Source: Candidatus Woesearchaeota archaeon (lineage in GTDB: Archaea > Nanobdellota > Nanobdellia > SCGC-AAA011-G17 > PNOQ01). Taken from it: 64,000 nt of DNA. The notes under the pieces were generated by a model that searched no databases, was not told the origin of the DNA, and saw nothing but the letters and a program-made list of their open reading frames with translations. Below are positions 9,296 through 19,808 of this stretch, piece after piece. Both the position numbers and the translations under genes were made by a program. Position 1 is the first letter of the stretch; each line of letters starts with the position of its first letter. The DNA lies in contig CAZQVG010000001.1 in NCBI GenBank assembly GCA_964596705.1, forward strand, positions 14,969 to 78,968, given 5' to 3'.

Positions 9296-10158
9296 TTGAA
9301 AGAGGAATAATAAAAAAGAAATTGAATGAATTCAAGATCCTTGAGCATATTGCAGAGGTTTTAGATAGACCGGGTTATAGCCATACAACAATACAAAAAA
9401 CGCCTCTTGGGGAGAAAATTACAATATACACTTCAAAACCAGGATTTATAGTGGGTAGAAAAGGGGCTAATATAAAAGACCTTACTCAGGTATTGAAAGA
9501 TAAATTTGGGTTAGAGAATCCTCAAGTAGAGGTAAGTGAAATTGATAATCCAAACTTAAATCCTCATTCAGTTGCTAAACATATCGTTCATACTTTCGAA
9601 AGGTTTGGTCCAAGTAGATTTAAATTCCTTGGGTACAAAATGTTAGAAAACATAATGGCTGCAGGTGCAATTGGTGCGGAGATTGTTATCTCTGGAAGAG
9701 GTGTGCCTAGTACAAGATCAAAGACTTGGAGATTCACTGCGGGCCACCTTAAAAAATCAGGAGATGTTTCCGAGAATCTAATCAAGAAAGGATTTGCAGT
9801 TGCTCATCTGAAATCCGGTTCAATAGGAGTTAAAGTAAATATTTTGACTCCAGACATAGAACTTCCAGATCATATTGAATTCAGAGAAACAATAACTGTC
9901 GAAGAAGTAAAAGAAGAACCAAAGGTTCAAGAAGAATCTGAAAAGAAGGAGATTCAAAAAAAAGAAACAAAAGAGGAAACTCCAAAAGAAGAAGAAACTA
10001 AAGCAGAAGAAAAAATAGAAAAGAAAGAATCAGATTCAAAAGAAGAAGAGAAAAAACCTGCTGCTAAGAAAAAGACAACTAAGAAGAAAACAGAAAAAGT
10101 TCCAACAGCGGCTGAACTAAAGAAGAAGAAGGAAAATGGCGATAATAAAAAAGAATGA
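9292..10158 (+). CDS. rps3: 30S ribosomal protein S3 with long Glu/Lys-rich C-terminal tail
   Basis: KH motif KPGFIVGRKGANI; GAIGAEIVISG. Confidence 0.96.
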   Translation: MIERGIIKKKLNEFKILEHIAEVLDRPGYSHTTIQKTPLGEKITIYTSKPGFIVGRKGANIKDLTQVLKDKFGLENPQVEVSEIDNPNLNPHSVAKHIVHTFERFGPSRFKFLGYKMLENIMAAGAIGAEIVISGRGVPSTRSKTWRFTAGHLKKSGDVSENLIKKGFAVAHLKSGSIGVKVNILTPDIELPDHIEFRETITVEEVKEEPKVQEESEKKEIQKKETKEETPKEEETKAEEKIEKKESDSKEEEKKPAAKKKTTKKKTEKVPTAAELKKKKENGDNKKE

Positions 10159-10348
10159 ACTAAAACAAATGGATAATAAATCCATTAGTGAAAAATTAAA
10201 TGAATTAAGGGATGAACTAATCAGGATCAGAGCTCAAATTGCAATGGGAACTCTTCCTGAAAATCCTGGAAGGATAAAGGAGATAAGAAGGACTATTGCA
10301 AGGATACTCACCATAAAAAGAATGAAGGAGGGTAATGAAAAAGTATGA
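10136..10348 (+). CDS. rpl29: 50S ribosomal protein L29
   Basis: [18 protein letters not shown]. Confidence 0.96.
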   Translation: MAIIKKNELKQMDNKSISEKLNELRDELIRIRAQIAMGTLPENPGRIKEIRRTIARILTIKRMKEGNEKV

Positions 10349-10647
10349 CCGAGATATGCCCTAAATGTGGGCTACCAGAAGACCTTTGCGTTTGTGAAAC
10401 AATAGCAAAAGAAGACCAGAGGATACGTATAAAGAAAGAAAAGAAAAGATACGGCAAACTGATAACAGTGATCGAAGGCATCGACAAAACAACAATCGAC
10501 ATCAAAGATGTGGCCAAAAAGCTTAAAAGCAAGTTTGCTTGCGGAGGAACAGTCAAAGGCTCCGTAATTGAGCTTCAGGGAGATCACGTAGCAAAGGTTA
10601 AGGATGAGCTCATTAAGCTCGGTTTCAATCCTGACACCATAGATTAA
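10345..10647 (+). CDS. sui1: Translation initiation factor aIF1 (SUI1/YciH)
   Basis: [13 protein letters not shown] and [19 protein letters not shown] motifs. Confidence 0.96.
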   Translation: MTEICPKCGLPEDLCVCETIAKEDQRIRIKKEKKRYGKLITVIEGIDKTTIDIKDVAKKLKSKFACGGTVKGSVIELQGDHVAKVKDELIKLGFNPDTID

Positions 10648-10649
10648 AA

Positions 10650-10880
10650 ATGGTACGGGTTTGGAAAGGAGAGCTGATTGGCTCATATGTTAAGGTAGTT
10701 GACTCAAAAAATAAAACCCTTGTCGGATTGGAAGGCAAGGTTATAGACGAAACAAAAAATACCATCACTTTCGAAGATGGGAAAAAGGTAATAAAATCCC
10801 ATGTTATGCTCGAGGTGAATGGTGAAATTGTCGAAGGGAAGACAATACAAAAAAGACCCGAGGATAGAATAAAAAAATGA
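10650..10880 (+). CDS. rnp1: Ribonuclease P protein component 1 (Rpp29)
   Basis: ELIG..VKVV...GLEGKVIDETKNT...RPEDRIKK; conserved operon position. Confidence 0.9.
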   Translation: MVRVWKGELIGSYVKVVDSKNKTLVGLEGKVIDETKNTITFEDGKKVIKSHVMLEVNGEIVEGKTIQKRPEDRIKK

Positions 10881-11221
10881 AAGGAGAAAAACAGATCGGA
10901 CTTGAAATTGATTTTCCTAAAGAGAAATGTGATGATAAGAAATGCCCTTTCCACGGAGATCTAAAAGTAAGGGGTAGAATCTTTAGTGGAATAATCAGAT
11001 CAAAAGATACTCATAAGACTGCTGTAGTCGAATGGACAAGGCAGATAAAAATCAAGAAGTATGAAAGAGTAGAAAAAAAGAGATCTAAGGTAAGTGCTCA
11101 TAATCCTCCATGTATTGATGCTCAAAAAGGGGATATGGTTTTGATTGCTGAAACAAAACCAATCAGTAAAACAAAAAATTTCGTAATATTGAAAATCCTA
11201 AAGAAAAATGAAAGCGATTAA
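10877..11221 (+). CDS. rps17: 30S ribosomal protein S17
   Basis: CDDKKCPFHG.L.VRGR, AHNPPC and PISKTK motifs. Confidence 0.96.
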   Translation: MKGEKQIGLEIDFPKEKCDDKKCPFHGDLKVRGRIFSGIIRSKDTHKTAVVEWTRQIKIKKYERVEKKRSKVSAHNPPCIDAQKGDMVLIAETKPISKTKNFVILKILKKNESD

Positions 11222-11609
11222 TGCCAAAATAACAAAAACTCTTGTAAGAGGTTCCAGGATAGACGTTTGTGATAATTCTGGAGCTAAGAAAGTGTTTTTG
11301 GTATCTGTAAAGGGGTCAAAAACAAAAAAAGGGAGATATCCTACTGCAGGCGTTGGGGACTTGCTTAAAGTTTCAGTTATACAAGGTACCCAAGACATGA
11401 GAAAACAATTAGTGCCTGCAATATTAGTAAGGCAAAGAAAAGAGTACAGAAGACCAGATGGAACAAGAATAAAATTCGAAGACAATGCAGTAATAATATG
11501 CAAAGACGAGAAAGGAAATCCAAAGGGAACTGTATTCAAAGGCCCAATTGCAAAAGAAGCTGCAGAAAGATGGCCTGCAGTTGGAAAAGTTGCTAAAATA
11601 ATAGTTTAA
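11208..11609 (+). CDS. rpl14: 50S ribosomal protein L14
   Basis: CDNSGAK and [13 protein letters not shown] motifs. Confidence 0.97.
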   Translation: MKAINAKITKTLVRGSRIDVCDNSGAKKVFLVSVKGSKTKKGRYPTAGVGDLLKVSVIQGTQDMRKQLVPAILVRQRKEYRRPDGTRIKFEDNAVIICKDEKGNPKGTVFKGPIAKEAAERWPAVGKVAKIIV

Positions 11610-11611
11610 AA

Positions 11612-11992
11612 ATGAAATCAATATTTTCAAAATTTTGGATAAGTAGTAAACAACCAAGGAAACAGCGTAAATATAGATACAATGCTCCTCTTCATATAAG
11701 GAAGAAATTTGTATCTGTTATGCTTTCCAAGGAATTAAAAGAGAAATATCAAAAAAGAAATGTTCCTGTTGTAAAGGGAGATAAGGTAAAGATACTTAGA
11801 GGCCAATTTAAAGGAAAAGTTGGATTGGTTGAAAAGGTTGACTTAAAAAGAATTAAAATTTATGTTCATGGAGCAGAAAATATAAGAAGAGATGGATCAA
11901 AGGCTTTTTATCCTTTAAGTCCATCAAATTTGATGATTACAGAACTAAAGTTAGACGATAAAAAAAGAAAACAAAGTCTAGAGAGGAAATAA
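11612..11992 (+). CDS. rpl24: 50S ribosomal protein L24
   Basis: [12 protein letters not shown] motif [14 protein letters not shown]. Confidence 0.96.
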   Translation: MKSIFSKFWISSKQPRKQRKYRYNAPLHIRKKFVSVMLSKELKEKYQKRNVPVVKGDKVKILRGQFKGKVGLVEKVDLKRIKIYVHGAENIRRDGSKAFYPLSPSNLMITELKLDDKKRKQSLERK

Positions 11993-11993
11993 A

Positions 11994-12692
11994 ATGGGAA
12001 AATCTCACATAAAAAGAATAGCAGCACCGAAATCGTGGCCAATAAAGAGAAAGATCTCTAAATGGATCACTAGGCCGACTCCAGGACCACACAAATTAGA
12101 AAGTTCTATGCCTCTCGGTGTATGGCTAAAAGAAATATTGAAATTAGCAAATACTACAAAAGAAACCAAATATATCCTTAATAATGGTCAAGTTTTAGTA
12201 AATGGAAAGGCAAGAAAAGATCAAAAGTTCCCTGTAGGAATAATGGATGTACTGACTGCAGGTAAAGAGAACTATAGAATAATGCTCAATACAAGAGGAA
12301 AACTTGTTCCTGTACCTATCAATGCTACAGAGGCTAAAATTTATCCAAAGAGAGTTATCGGAAAAACCTCATTAAAAGGAAAGAAGACTCAAGTAAATTT
12401 ATCAGATGGAACAAATATTTTATCAGAGAACAAGTATAAAACAGGGGATACAGTTGTATTCTCAGAGGGCAAGATAAAAGACCACTTAAAATTTGAAAAA
12501 GGTGTAATCGTTTATATCCTTGCAGGTAAGCAAGTTGGAAAGATTGGAGTAGTAAAAGAGATAGTAGAATATAAAGACTTTAGACCAACAAAGATCATAT
12601 TCACTCAAGGTAAAGAAGACTTTGAAACATTGAAAGAATATGCATTTGTAATAGGAAAAACAAAACCTATTGTAAGTTTGCCAAATGAATAA
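11994..12692 (+). CDS. rps4e: 30S ribosomal protein S4e
   Basis: HIKRIAAPKSW, PGPH and FPVGIMDV motifs. Confidence 0.96.
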   Translation: MGKSHIKRIAAPKSWPIKRKISKWITRPTPGPHKLESSMPLGVWLKEILKLANTTKETKYILNNGQVLVNGKARKDQKFPVGIMDVLTAGKENYRIMLNTRGKLVPVPINATEAKIYPKRVIGKTSLKGKKTQVNLSDGTNILSENKYKTGDTVVFSEGKIKDHLKFEKGVIVYILAGKQVGKIGVVKEIVEYKDFRPTKIIFTQGKEDFETLKEYAFVIGKTKPIVSLPNE

Positions 12693-13200
12693 AATGAAAG
12701 AAATTAGGATAGAGAAATTAACCCTTAATATTGGGGCAGGGGAAGCAGGAGATAAATTAGAGAAAGCTGTAAAGTTATTGAACAAAATAACTGGCAAAAA
12801 ACCTCTAAAAACAGTTTCCCACAAAAGAATTCCATCGTGGAGTGTAAGGCCAGGCCTTACAATTGGAGCAAAGGTAACAATAAGAGGGAAAGAAGCAGAA
12901 GAAATGTTGAAAAGATTATTGGTTGCGGTGGACAATACACTAAAACCTTCCTCATTTGATAATCAAGGCAATTTCGCATTTGGAATACATGAATATATAG
13001 ATATTCCAAAGATGGAATATTTGGTTGAAATTGGTATATTGGGACTTGATGTGGCAGTAACTTTAGAAAGGCCAGGGTATAGAATAAAGAAAAGGAAATA
13101 CCAAAGAAAATCAATCCCTACAAAACATAGGATAACAAAAGAAGAAGCAATAGAATATTTAAAAACTAAATTCAATGTAAAAATAGGAGAGCGTGAATAA
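12685..13200 (+). CDS. rpl5: 50S ribosomal protein L5
   Basis: [11 protein letters not shown] and [18 protein letters not shown] motifs. Confidence 0.96.
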   Translation: MNKMKEIRIEKLTLNIGAGEAGDKLEKAVKLLNKITGKKPLKTVSHKRIPSWSVRPGLTIGAKVTIRGKEAEEMLKRLLVAVDNTLKPSSFDNQGNFAFGIHEYIDIPKMEYLVEIGILGLDVAVTLERPGYRIKKRKYQRKSIPTKHRITKEEAIEYLKTKFNVKIGERE

Positions 13201-13201
13201 A

Positions 13202-13432
13202 ATGACAACAAGCGACCATAGAAAAGCATATGGGCAATTGCAAGCAAAACCCGCAAAACTTGCAAAGTTCATAAAACACAACAAACCTAAAGAAAGGAGT
13301 TGTGGAAGAGCTTTGAAAAAATGCGAGAGGTGCGGGAGAAATGGAGCACATATTCAAAAGTATGGCCTTCATTTATGTAGGCAATGTTTTAGGGAAACTG
13401 CAAAAAAATTAGGATTCAAAAAATATAGTTGA
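13202..13432 (+). CDS. rps14: 30S ribosomal protein S14 (zinc-binding type)
   Basis: CERCG...[19 protein letters not shown]; start placed at ATG 13202. Confidence 0.94.
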   Translation: MTTSDHRKAYGQLQAKPAKLAKFIKHNKPKERSCGRALKKCERCGRNGAHIQKYGLHLCRQCFRETAKKLGFKKYS

Positions 13433-13441
13433 GGTTAGAAA

Positions 13442-13834
13442 ATGTCAATGAATGATACATTAGCAAATGCACTTTCACATGTATTGAACTGTGAAAAAGT
13501 AGGTAAAACAGAATGCACTATAAAAAATGTTTCAAAGGTAATCAAAGAGACATTTAAGATCTTAAATAAAAACGGATATATTGGCAAGATGGATATCACA
13601 AAAAATTCCAGGGGAGAAACAATGGTTGTAGAATTAAAAGGAACAATAAATAAATGTGGTTCGATTAAGCCAAGATTCCCAGTAAAACTTTCAGATTATG
13701 AAAAATATGAAAGAAGGTATCTTCCTGCAAAAGACTTTGGAATAATCATTGTTTCAACTTCAAAAGGTATGATGACCCATAATGAAGCAATCGAAAAGAA
13801 GTTGGGAGGAAAACTCATTGCATATTGTTACTAA
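13442..13834 (+). CDS. rps8: 30S ribosomal protein S8
   Basis: INKCGSIKPRF and STSKGMMTH.EA motifs. Confidence 0.96.
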   Translation: MSMNDTLANALSHVLNCEKVGKTECTIKNVSKVIKETFKILNKNGYIGKMDITKNSRGETMVVELKGTINKCGSIKPRFPVKLSDYEKYERRYLPAKDFGIIIVSTSKGMMTHNEAIEKKLGGKLIAYCY

Positions 13835-13836
13835 AA

Positions 13837-14379
13837 ATGGCAAAATTAAATATTACGGACAAAATAGAAATCCCTGAAGGCATAGAGGTAGAAGTAAATT
13901 CTACTGCGATAAAAATAAAGGGTCCAAAGGGAGAATTAAGTAGAAGGTTTAGTCCATTAGTTAAGGTTGCCAAAACAGAAAATGAGATAGTATTTGAAAT
14001 AAAAAATGCAACAAAAAGAGAAAAAACACTTATGAAAACAACCGAAGCTCATGTTAAAAATATGATAAAGGGAGTTACAGAAGGTTTTGAGTACCACTTA
14101 AAGATTTGCTCTGGCCACTTCCCTATGACAGTTAGTTATGAAAACGGAGAAGTTATTGTGAAAAACTTCCTTGGAGAATCTGTTCCGAGAAAGGGGAAGA
14201 TCCCCGGTGATGTCAATATTGAAATAAAGGGGGATGAAATAACAGTAACTGGAATAGATAAAGAAAAAACAGGTCAGGCCGCTGCAAAAATAGAGTCTAT
14301 AACTAGAATGACTTCAAAAGATAGGAGAAGATTCCAGGATGGGATATTCATAACAAGTAAGGCAGGTAAGAAAATATGA
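13837..14379 (+). CDS. rpl6: 50S ribosomal protein L6
   Basis: KGPKGEL, HFPM, NFLGE and DRRRFQDGIFI motifs; likely start MAKLN. Confidence 0.96.
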   Translation: MAKLNITDKIEIPEGIEVEVNSTAIKIKGPKGELSRRFSPLVKVAKTENEIVFEIKNATKREKTLMKTTEAHVKNMIKGVTEGFEYHLKICSGHFPMTVSYENGEVIVKNFLGESVPRKGKIPGDVNIEIKGDEITVTGIDKEKTGQAAAKIESITRMTSKDRRRFQDGIFITSKAGKKI

Positions 14380-15026
14380 AATCATTATTAGAAGTTAGGA
14401 AGCTAGTAAAGGGGAAGAAACCTAAGAAGTTCCTTAGATCAGATTCAAATAGAATAAATTTCAAGAATAAATGGAGAAAACCAAGAGGATTGCATAATAA
14501 AAGAAGATTAAATAAGGCAGGACACCAAAAAAATCCATCTCAAGGATACAGGTCTCCTGTTTGGGTAAGAGGATTGCATAAGTCTGGATTAGAATTAATC
14601 ACAATTTACAATAAAAAAGATCTTCAGGAAGTAAATCCTGAAAAACAAATAGTAGAGATAGCATCCACCGTCGGATTAAAGAAAAAATTTGATATTTTAG
14701 AAGAATGTAAGTCAAAATCAATAAAAGTAGCTAATGTTAAAGATGTTGATAAATTTTTGAGAGAAGAGAAAGAAAGATTAGAAAAAATAAGAAAAGAGAA
14801 AGAGAAGAAATTAAAAGAGAGAGAAAAGGCAAAGAAAGAAGCGATCAAGAAAGCTGAAGAAAAGAAGGAGACTAAAAAAGAAACAAAAGAAGAAGTAAAA
14901 GAAGAAGTTTTAAAAGCTGAGCTTAAACAAGAAGCTCAAAAAGAACAAAAAATTACGAAAACAAAAGATCCTACTCAAGCAAAAAAGGGGCACCAAGCAA
15001 GTAGTGTCCCAGGAACTAAACAATGA
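14376..15026 (+). CDS. rpl32e: 50S ribosomal protein L32e with long charged C-terminal extension
   Basis: WRKPRGLHNK, GYRSP..VRGLH.SG motifs. Confidence 0.94.
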   Translation: MKSLLEVRKLVKGKKPKKFLRSDSNRINFKNKWRKPRGLHNKRRLNKAGHQKNPSQGYRSPVWVRGLHKSGLELITIYNKKDLQEVNPEKQIVEIASTVGLKKKFDILEECKSKSIKVANVKDVDKFLREEKERLEKIRKEKEKKLKEREKAKKEAIKKAEEKKETKKETKEEVKEEVLKAELKQEAQKEQKITKTKDPTQAKKGHQASSVPGTKQ

Positions 15027-15481
15027 ACCTGAAAAATCAAAAACGGATTGCAGCAAAAGTAATGAAAAGAAGTCCAAAAAAGATAAAGTTCGATTCATCT
15101 AGATTGGACGATGTAAAAGAAGCAATTACAAGGTCAGATATAAGGACTTTAATTATAGGTAACGCTATAAAAGCTGAGCTTAAACAAGGAATCTCACGTT
15201 CAAGAGCAAGAAAAACACTAGTACAAAAAAGGAAAGGTAGAAAACAAGGAAAAGGTTCAAGGCAGGGTTCAAGAACTGCAAGATTATCCAAGAAAGAAAC
15301 CTGGATGAATCACATAAGAAAACAAAGGAAGTTTGTTAAGGAATTGAGAGATAAAAAATTAATCAATACAAAGGTGTATCGTCAAATATACAATAAAATA
15401 AAAGGGGGCTTCTTTAGAAGCAAAAACCACATAAAATTATACTTAACAGAAAATAGGTTATTCGAAGATGGCAAAAACTAA
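15023..15481 (+). CDS. rpl19e: 50S ribosomal protein L19e
   Basis: LKNQKRIAA, AITRSDIR and KGGFF motifs. Confidence 0.96.
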   Translation: MNLKNQKRIAAKVMKRSPKKIKFDSSRLDDVKEAITRSDIRTLIIGNAIKAELKQGISRSRARKTLVQKRKGRKQGKGSRQGSRTARLSKKETWMNHIRKQRKFVKELRDKKLINTKVYRQIYNKIKGGFFRSKNHIKLYLTENRLFEDGKN

Positions 15482-16052
15482 AACATATACAATCGTGTAT
15501 AGAAGGAAAAGAGAAGGAAAAACAGATTATAAGAAAAGGTTAAATTATCTTAAATCTGGCAAGATTAGAATAGTGATCAGACCATCTACTAATAATATGA
15601 CTATTCAAGCTGTTAAATTTGAAATGGATGGAGATAAGGTTTTATTAACTGTACAATCAACAGACCTAAGAAAAATGGGGTGGAATTACGCTACAGGGAA
15701 TATTCCTGCATCATATTTAACAGGCTTATTGTTTGGAGTAAAAGCAAAAGAAATAGTTAAGGAAGGTGTTATCGACCTTGGATTAAGACCTGTTATAAAA
15801 GGAACAAGGATTCCTGCTACGATTAAGGGGTTAGTTGATGCAGGATTACAATTCAATTATGATGAAAAGATATTCCCTTCAGAAGAATCAATTAGTGGAA
15901 AGGTTATTGCGGAATTTGCAGAACAACTTTCAAAAGAAGATAAAGAAAAATATGAAAAACAATTTTCAAAATATTTAAAAAACAATCAAAAACCTGAAAA
16001 AATAGCTGAAGCTTTTGAAGCTACAAAAAACAAGATTTTGGGGAGTAAATAA
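15468..16052 (+). CDS. rpl18: 50S ribosomal protein L18
   Basis: RRKREGKTDYKKR and NIPASYLTG motifs. Confidence 0.96.
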   Translation: MAKTKTYTIVYRRKREGKTDYKKRLNYLKSGKIRIVIRPSTNNMTIQAVKFEMDGDKVLLTVQSTDLRKMGWNYATGNIPASYLTGLLFGVKAKEIVKEGVIDLGLRPVIKGTRIPATIKGLVDAGLQFNYDEKIFPSEESISGKVIAEFAEQLSKEDKEKYEKQFSKYLKNNQKPEKIAEAFEATKNKILGSK

Positions 16053-16054
16053 AA

Positions 16055-16765
16055 TTGGCAGCTAAACCTAAACGAACGGAGCAAGAGAAAAAAGAAATGC
16101 AACAGGCAAGAACAGCTGAAGCTGTGTCAGATTGGATTCCAAAAACAGAATTTGGAAGAAAAGTAAAATCTGGCGAAATAAAGGATATTGATGAAATTTT
16201 AGATAAGGGTGGAAAAATATTAGAGGCTGAAATTGTTGACGCATTGTTGCCTGATCTAGAGTATGAACTTATCACAATTGGACAATCAAAAGGTAAATTT
16301 GGGGGAGGAAAGAGAAGCATATGGAAACAAACCCAGAAGAAAACAAAAGAAGGGAATAAACCTAAGTTTGCAACTGTTGCGGTTGTTGGAAATAGAAAAG
16401 GTTATGTTGGAATTGGTTATGGAAAAGCAAAAGAAACAGTCCCTGCTAGAGAAAAAGCAATAAGGCAGGCGAAGTTAAATTTAATAAAAATAAGATTTGG
16501 TTGTGGATCCTGGGACTGTGCTTGTGGTGAAACACACTCAATACCTTTTAAGGTTTCAGGAAAATGTGGTAGTGTAAAGGTAGAACTTATTCCTGCTCCG
16601 AAAGGAACTTCATTATGTATCCACAAAGAACTAAGAAAAATCTTAAGTTTAGCTGGAATCAACGATATATACTCAAAAACCTTCGGAAAAACAAATACTC
16701 AACTTAATTTAGTTAAAGCATGCATGAATGCTTTAAAACAATTATCTAAGGTAAAGACAAAATGA
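16055..16765 (+). CDS. rps5: 30S ribosomal protein S5
   Basis: WIPKTEFGR, GCGSW.C.CGE.HSIPF and PAPKG motifs; TTG start. Confidence 0.96.
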   Translation: MAAKPKRTEQEKKEMQQARTAEAVSDWIPKTEFGRKVKSGEIKDIDEILDKGGKILEAEIVDALLPDLEYELITIGQSKGKFGGGKRSIWKQTQKKTKEGNKPKFATVAVVGNRKGYVGIGYGKAKETVPAREKAIRQAKLNLIKIRFGCGSWDCACGETHSIPFKVSGKCGSVKVELIPAPKGTSLCIHKELRKILSLAGINDIYSKTFGKTNTQLNLVKACMNALKQLSKVKTK

Positions 16766-17229
16766 CTGGAATAGCAATAATTAGGATCGCTGGACAGCAA
16801 GGATTGAATCAGAAAGTAAAAACTACTTTCAAATTACTCAACCTTCATAAAAAGTTTACGTGTGTCGTTGTTCCAAATACAAAGCCTATCCAGGGAATGA
16901 TAAAAGTAATCAAAGATCACGTAACCTGGGGTGAAATTGATAAAGAAACTCTTGCTCAACTATTAAAACAAAGAGGAAAAATAAAGGGAAATAAACCTTT
17001 AACAGAAGAATATTTAAAAGAAAATGGGACTGATTTCGAATCATTTGTTAATGATGTTTTTGAAGGGAAAAAACAAATCAAAGATATTGAAGGATTGAAA
17101 CCTTTCTTTAGATTGCTTCCTCCAAGAGGAGGATTTGAAGCAAAGGGAACAAAGAAACATTTCTCAGTTGGAGGGGTGTTGGGTTACAGAAAGGAAAAAA
17201 TAAATGATTTGATCAAGAGGATGTTATAA
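16762..17229 (+). CDS. rpl30: 50S ribosomal protein L30
   Basis: TWGEID, FFRL.PPRGGF and GGVLGYR motifs. Confidence 0.95.
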   Translation: MTGIAIIRIAGQQGLNQKVKTTFKLLNLHKKFTCVVVPNTKPIQGMIKVIKDHVTWGEIDKETLAQLLKQRGKIKGNKPLTEEYLKENGTDFESFVNDVFEGKKQIKDIEGLKPFFRLLPPRGGFEAKGTKKHFSVGGVLGYRKEKINDLIKRML

Positions 17230-17230
17230 A

Positions 17231-17650
17231 ATGCCAGTCAATAAAAGAAAGAAAAATACCAGGATGCGTGCAAAAACTACTCACGGGTATGGCTCTATGA
17301 AAAAGAATAGGGGTGCCGGAAACCGTGGGGGTAGAGGAATGGCTGGTAGTGGAAAAAGGGCAGATCAAATAAAATCTAAGATACTCAAAACAAAAGGAAA
17401 GAGGTATTATGGTAAATATGGATTTAAACGACCTCAATCTGTTACTAAAACTCCAAAGATAATAAATTTATCAAAAATAGATCTTTTAGCTAAAAAAGAG
17501 AAAGAGGGATATGTTTTTGATGCTTCAAATTTCGATAAAGTTCTAGGAACAGGAAATATTACAAAACCAATAAAAATTACTGCAAAATCCTACTCTGCAT
17601 TAGCAAAAGAAAAAATTGAAAAGGCTGGTGGAGAAGCAATAACATGCTAA
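17231..17650 (+). CDS. rpl15: 50S ribosomal protein L15
   Basis: THGYG..KKNRGAG.RGGRG.AG and KIEKAGG motifs. Confidence 0.96.
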   Translation: MPVNKRKKNTRMRAKTTHGYGSMKKNRGAGNRGGRGMAGSGKRADQIKSKILKTKGKRYYGKYGFKRPQSVTKTPKIINLSKIDLLAKKEKEGYVFDASNFDKVLGTGNITKPIKITAKSYSALAKEKIEKAGGEAITC

Positions 17651-19071
17651 GAGAAATTATGATGAACCTGCCCGAAGTGGCAGGGCCAACACAGAAAAGA
17701 CTTTCTTTCAAAGAAAAACTTAAATGGACTGGGATAATTTTACTTGCATTTTTTATCTTATCTATGATCTCTTTGTTTGGACTTAGAAATAATGCTTTAA
17801 GTCAATTTGAACAACTTTCTATTATTTTAGGAGCTAATTTTGGTTCTATTTTATCTTTAGGTATTGGACCAATCGTAACTGCATCTATCGTATTGCAGCT
17901 TTTAACAGGTGCAGGAATATTAAATATAGATACTACCACAATGGAAGGGAAAAGGTTCTTTCAAGGATTGCAAAAGTTATTGTCCATTTTCTTTATATTG
18001 TTTGAAGCAGCCATTTATGTTTTGATGGGAGGTTTATCTCCTTCAGCAGATTTAGCTCCAGCAACATATTCCTTAATGCAATTTTTGTTAATTTTTCAGT
18101 TATTCTTAGGAGGTATGCTTGTTTTATTTATGGCAGAAGTTGTAGATAAATGGGGATTCGGATCAGGAATTTCACTATTTATCGCAGCAGGTGTATCTCA
18201 GCAGATATTTATTAGGGCATTTTCACCGTTAACAACAACAGGTCAATTAGCGTTTGGGTCTGGACTACCACCTGTTGGACAAGTGTGGGTATTCTTTAAA
18301 TCTTTGCTAAATGCTGATTTGACTGGAGCAGCATTGCCATTTTTTGCCATTTTCTTTACAATTGTAGTGTTTGTTATGGCAGTTTATGCTCAGGCAATGA
18401 AAGTTGATATCCCTTTATCATTTGGAAGGATAAGGGGCCATGGAATAAGGTGGCCATTGAGATTCATATATACTTCAAATATTCCAGTTATTTTAGTAGC
18501 AGCATTACTAGCAAATATTCAATTATGGGCAAGATTATTACAAAATAAGGTTGGAGAGTCTGGAATAGGACATTGGATTTCATATTATGTATTAGGTCAA
18601 TTTTCTGGACAATCACCAATTTCAGGATTAGTGTATTGGACTCATGCTCCAAATTTAGTAGATGCAATTGTATCTAAGTATTTCACTCCTGAATTATTAT
18701 TGCAAAGTTTAACATATATCTTATTTATGGTTGGAGGATCTGTATTATTCTCTATCTTCTGGGTCCAGACTTCTGGAATGGATGCTAAATCTCAAGCTAA
18801 ACAAATTTTAGCATCTGGATTGCAGATGCCAGGATTTAGGAGAGACCCTAGAGTTCTAGAAAGGGTATTGAAGAGGTATATTACTCCATTAACAGTGATG
18901 GGAGGAGCAGCAGTTGGTATATTGGCTGCGACAGCAGACTTATTTGGTGCATTGGCACGAGGAACAGGAATACTGTTAACAGTTATGATCATTTATAGGT
19001 TGTATGAGGAAGTAGCACAACAACATATGATGGATATGAACCCTGCATTGAGAAAAATGATGCAAGGGTAA
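17644..19071 (+). CDS. secY: Preprotein translocase subunit SecY
   Basis: LGIGPIVTASIVLQLL, WGFGSGISLFI, YTSNIPVIL and GTGILL motifs. Confidence 0.97.
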   Translation: MLREIMMNLPEVAGPTQKRLSFKEKLKWTGIILLAFFILSMISLFGLRNNALSQFEQLSIILGANFGSILSLGIGPIVTASIVLQLLTGAGILNIDTTTMEGKRFFQGLQKLLSIFFILFEAAIYVLMGGLSPSADLAPATYSLMQFLLIFQLFLGGMLVLFMAEVVDKWGFGSGISLFIAAGVSQQIFIRAFSPLTTTGQLAFGSGLPPVGQVWVFFKSLLNADLTGAALPFFAIFFTIVVFVMAVYAQAMKVDIPLSFGRIRGHGIRWPLRFIYTSNIPVILVAALLANIQLWARLLQNKVGESGIGHWISYYVLGQFSGQSPISGLVYWTHAPNLVDAIVSKYFTPELLLQSLTYILFMVGGSVLFSIFWVQTSGMDAKSQAKQILASGLQMPGFRRDPRVLERVLKRYITPLTVMGGAAVGILAATADLFGALARGTGILLTVMIIYRLYEEVAQQHMMDMNPALRKMMQG

Positions 19072-19104
19072 GCTTTAAAAAGGAACAAAAATCTTCAAAA
19101 TAAA

Positions 19105-19542
19105 ATGTTAGACTCGTTATTTAACTCAATCTTTGGATGGGCGATAGACATATCCCCAATATTTGGGTTATTTATAATAGCGTTTGTTCTAACATTATTC
19201 GTAACTTTGGTCTATAAGTTTATGACTGACCAAGAATTATTGAAGAGCATAAAACAAGAGATGAAGGAAATTCGAGAGGAAATGAAAAAATTTAAAGATG
19301 ATCCTCAGAAGATGATGGAACTAAATAAAAAATCCATGGAACATTCATTATCTCAAATGAAAAACACTTTTAAACCCATGCTAATTACCTTTATCCCGCT
19401 AATAATAGTCTTTGGATGGCTAAGAAATATATATGGAACGTTAACTTTAAATTTCTTAGGTATCCATAGTTGGCTATTAATATACATCATATTTTCAATG
19501 GTGTTGAGTTTAATATTAAGAAAAATAATGAAGGTGTACTAA
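19105..19542 (+). CDS. EMC3/TMCO1 (DUF106, Oxa1 superfamily) membrane protein
   Basis: TM, coiled coil, then FKPMLITFIP and W..IYI..S motifs; conserved position after secY. Confidence 0.88.
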   Translation: MLDSLFNSIFGWAIDISPIFGLFIIAFVLTLFVTLVYKFMTDQELLKSIKQEMKEIREEMKKFKDDPQKMMELNKKSMEHSLSQMKNTFKPMLITFIPLIIVFGWLRNIYGTLTLNFLGIHSWLLIYIIFSMVLSLILRKIMKVY

Positions 19543-19543
19543 A

Positions 19544-19807
19544 ATGCCAGACGGAAAACATAAATCAAGGTCGTTAAGGAGAGTTTTTGTAAGAACTCCA
19601 GGAAAAGAAACTAAACTACATTATAGAGAAAGGAAGCCTAAAAAGAAGAAATGTTCAGAATGTGGTAAACAATTGCATGGAATTCCACATTTAATTCAGT
19701 CTAAATTCAGGAACCTACCAAAAACAAAGAAACGTCCTCAAAGACCTTACGGAGGAGTATTATGCTCATCTTGTATGAGGAAAAAAATAAAGGAGCAGGT
19801 GTTGTAA
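19544..19807 (+). CDS. rpl34e: 50S ribosomal protein L34e
   Basis: VRTPG, CSECG and RPQRPYGGVLCSSC motifs. Confidence 0.96.
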   Translation: MPDGKHKSRSLRRVFVRTPGKETKLHYRERKPKKKKCSECGKQLHGIPHLIQSKFRNLPKTKKRPQRPYGGVLCSSCMRKKIKEQVL

Positions 19808-19808
19808 A

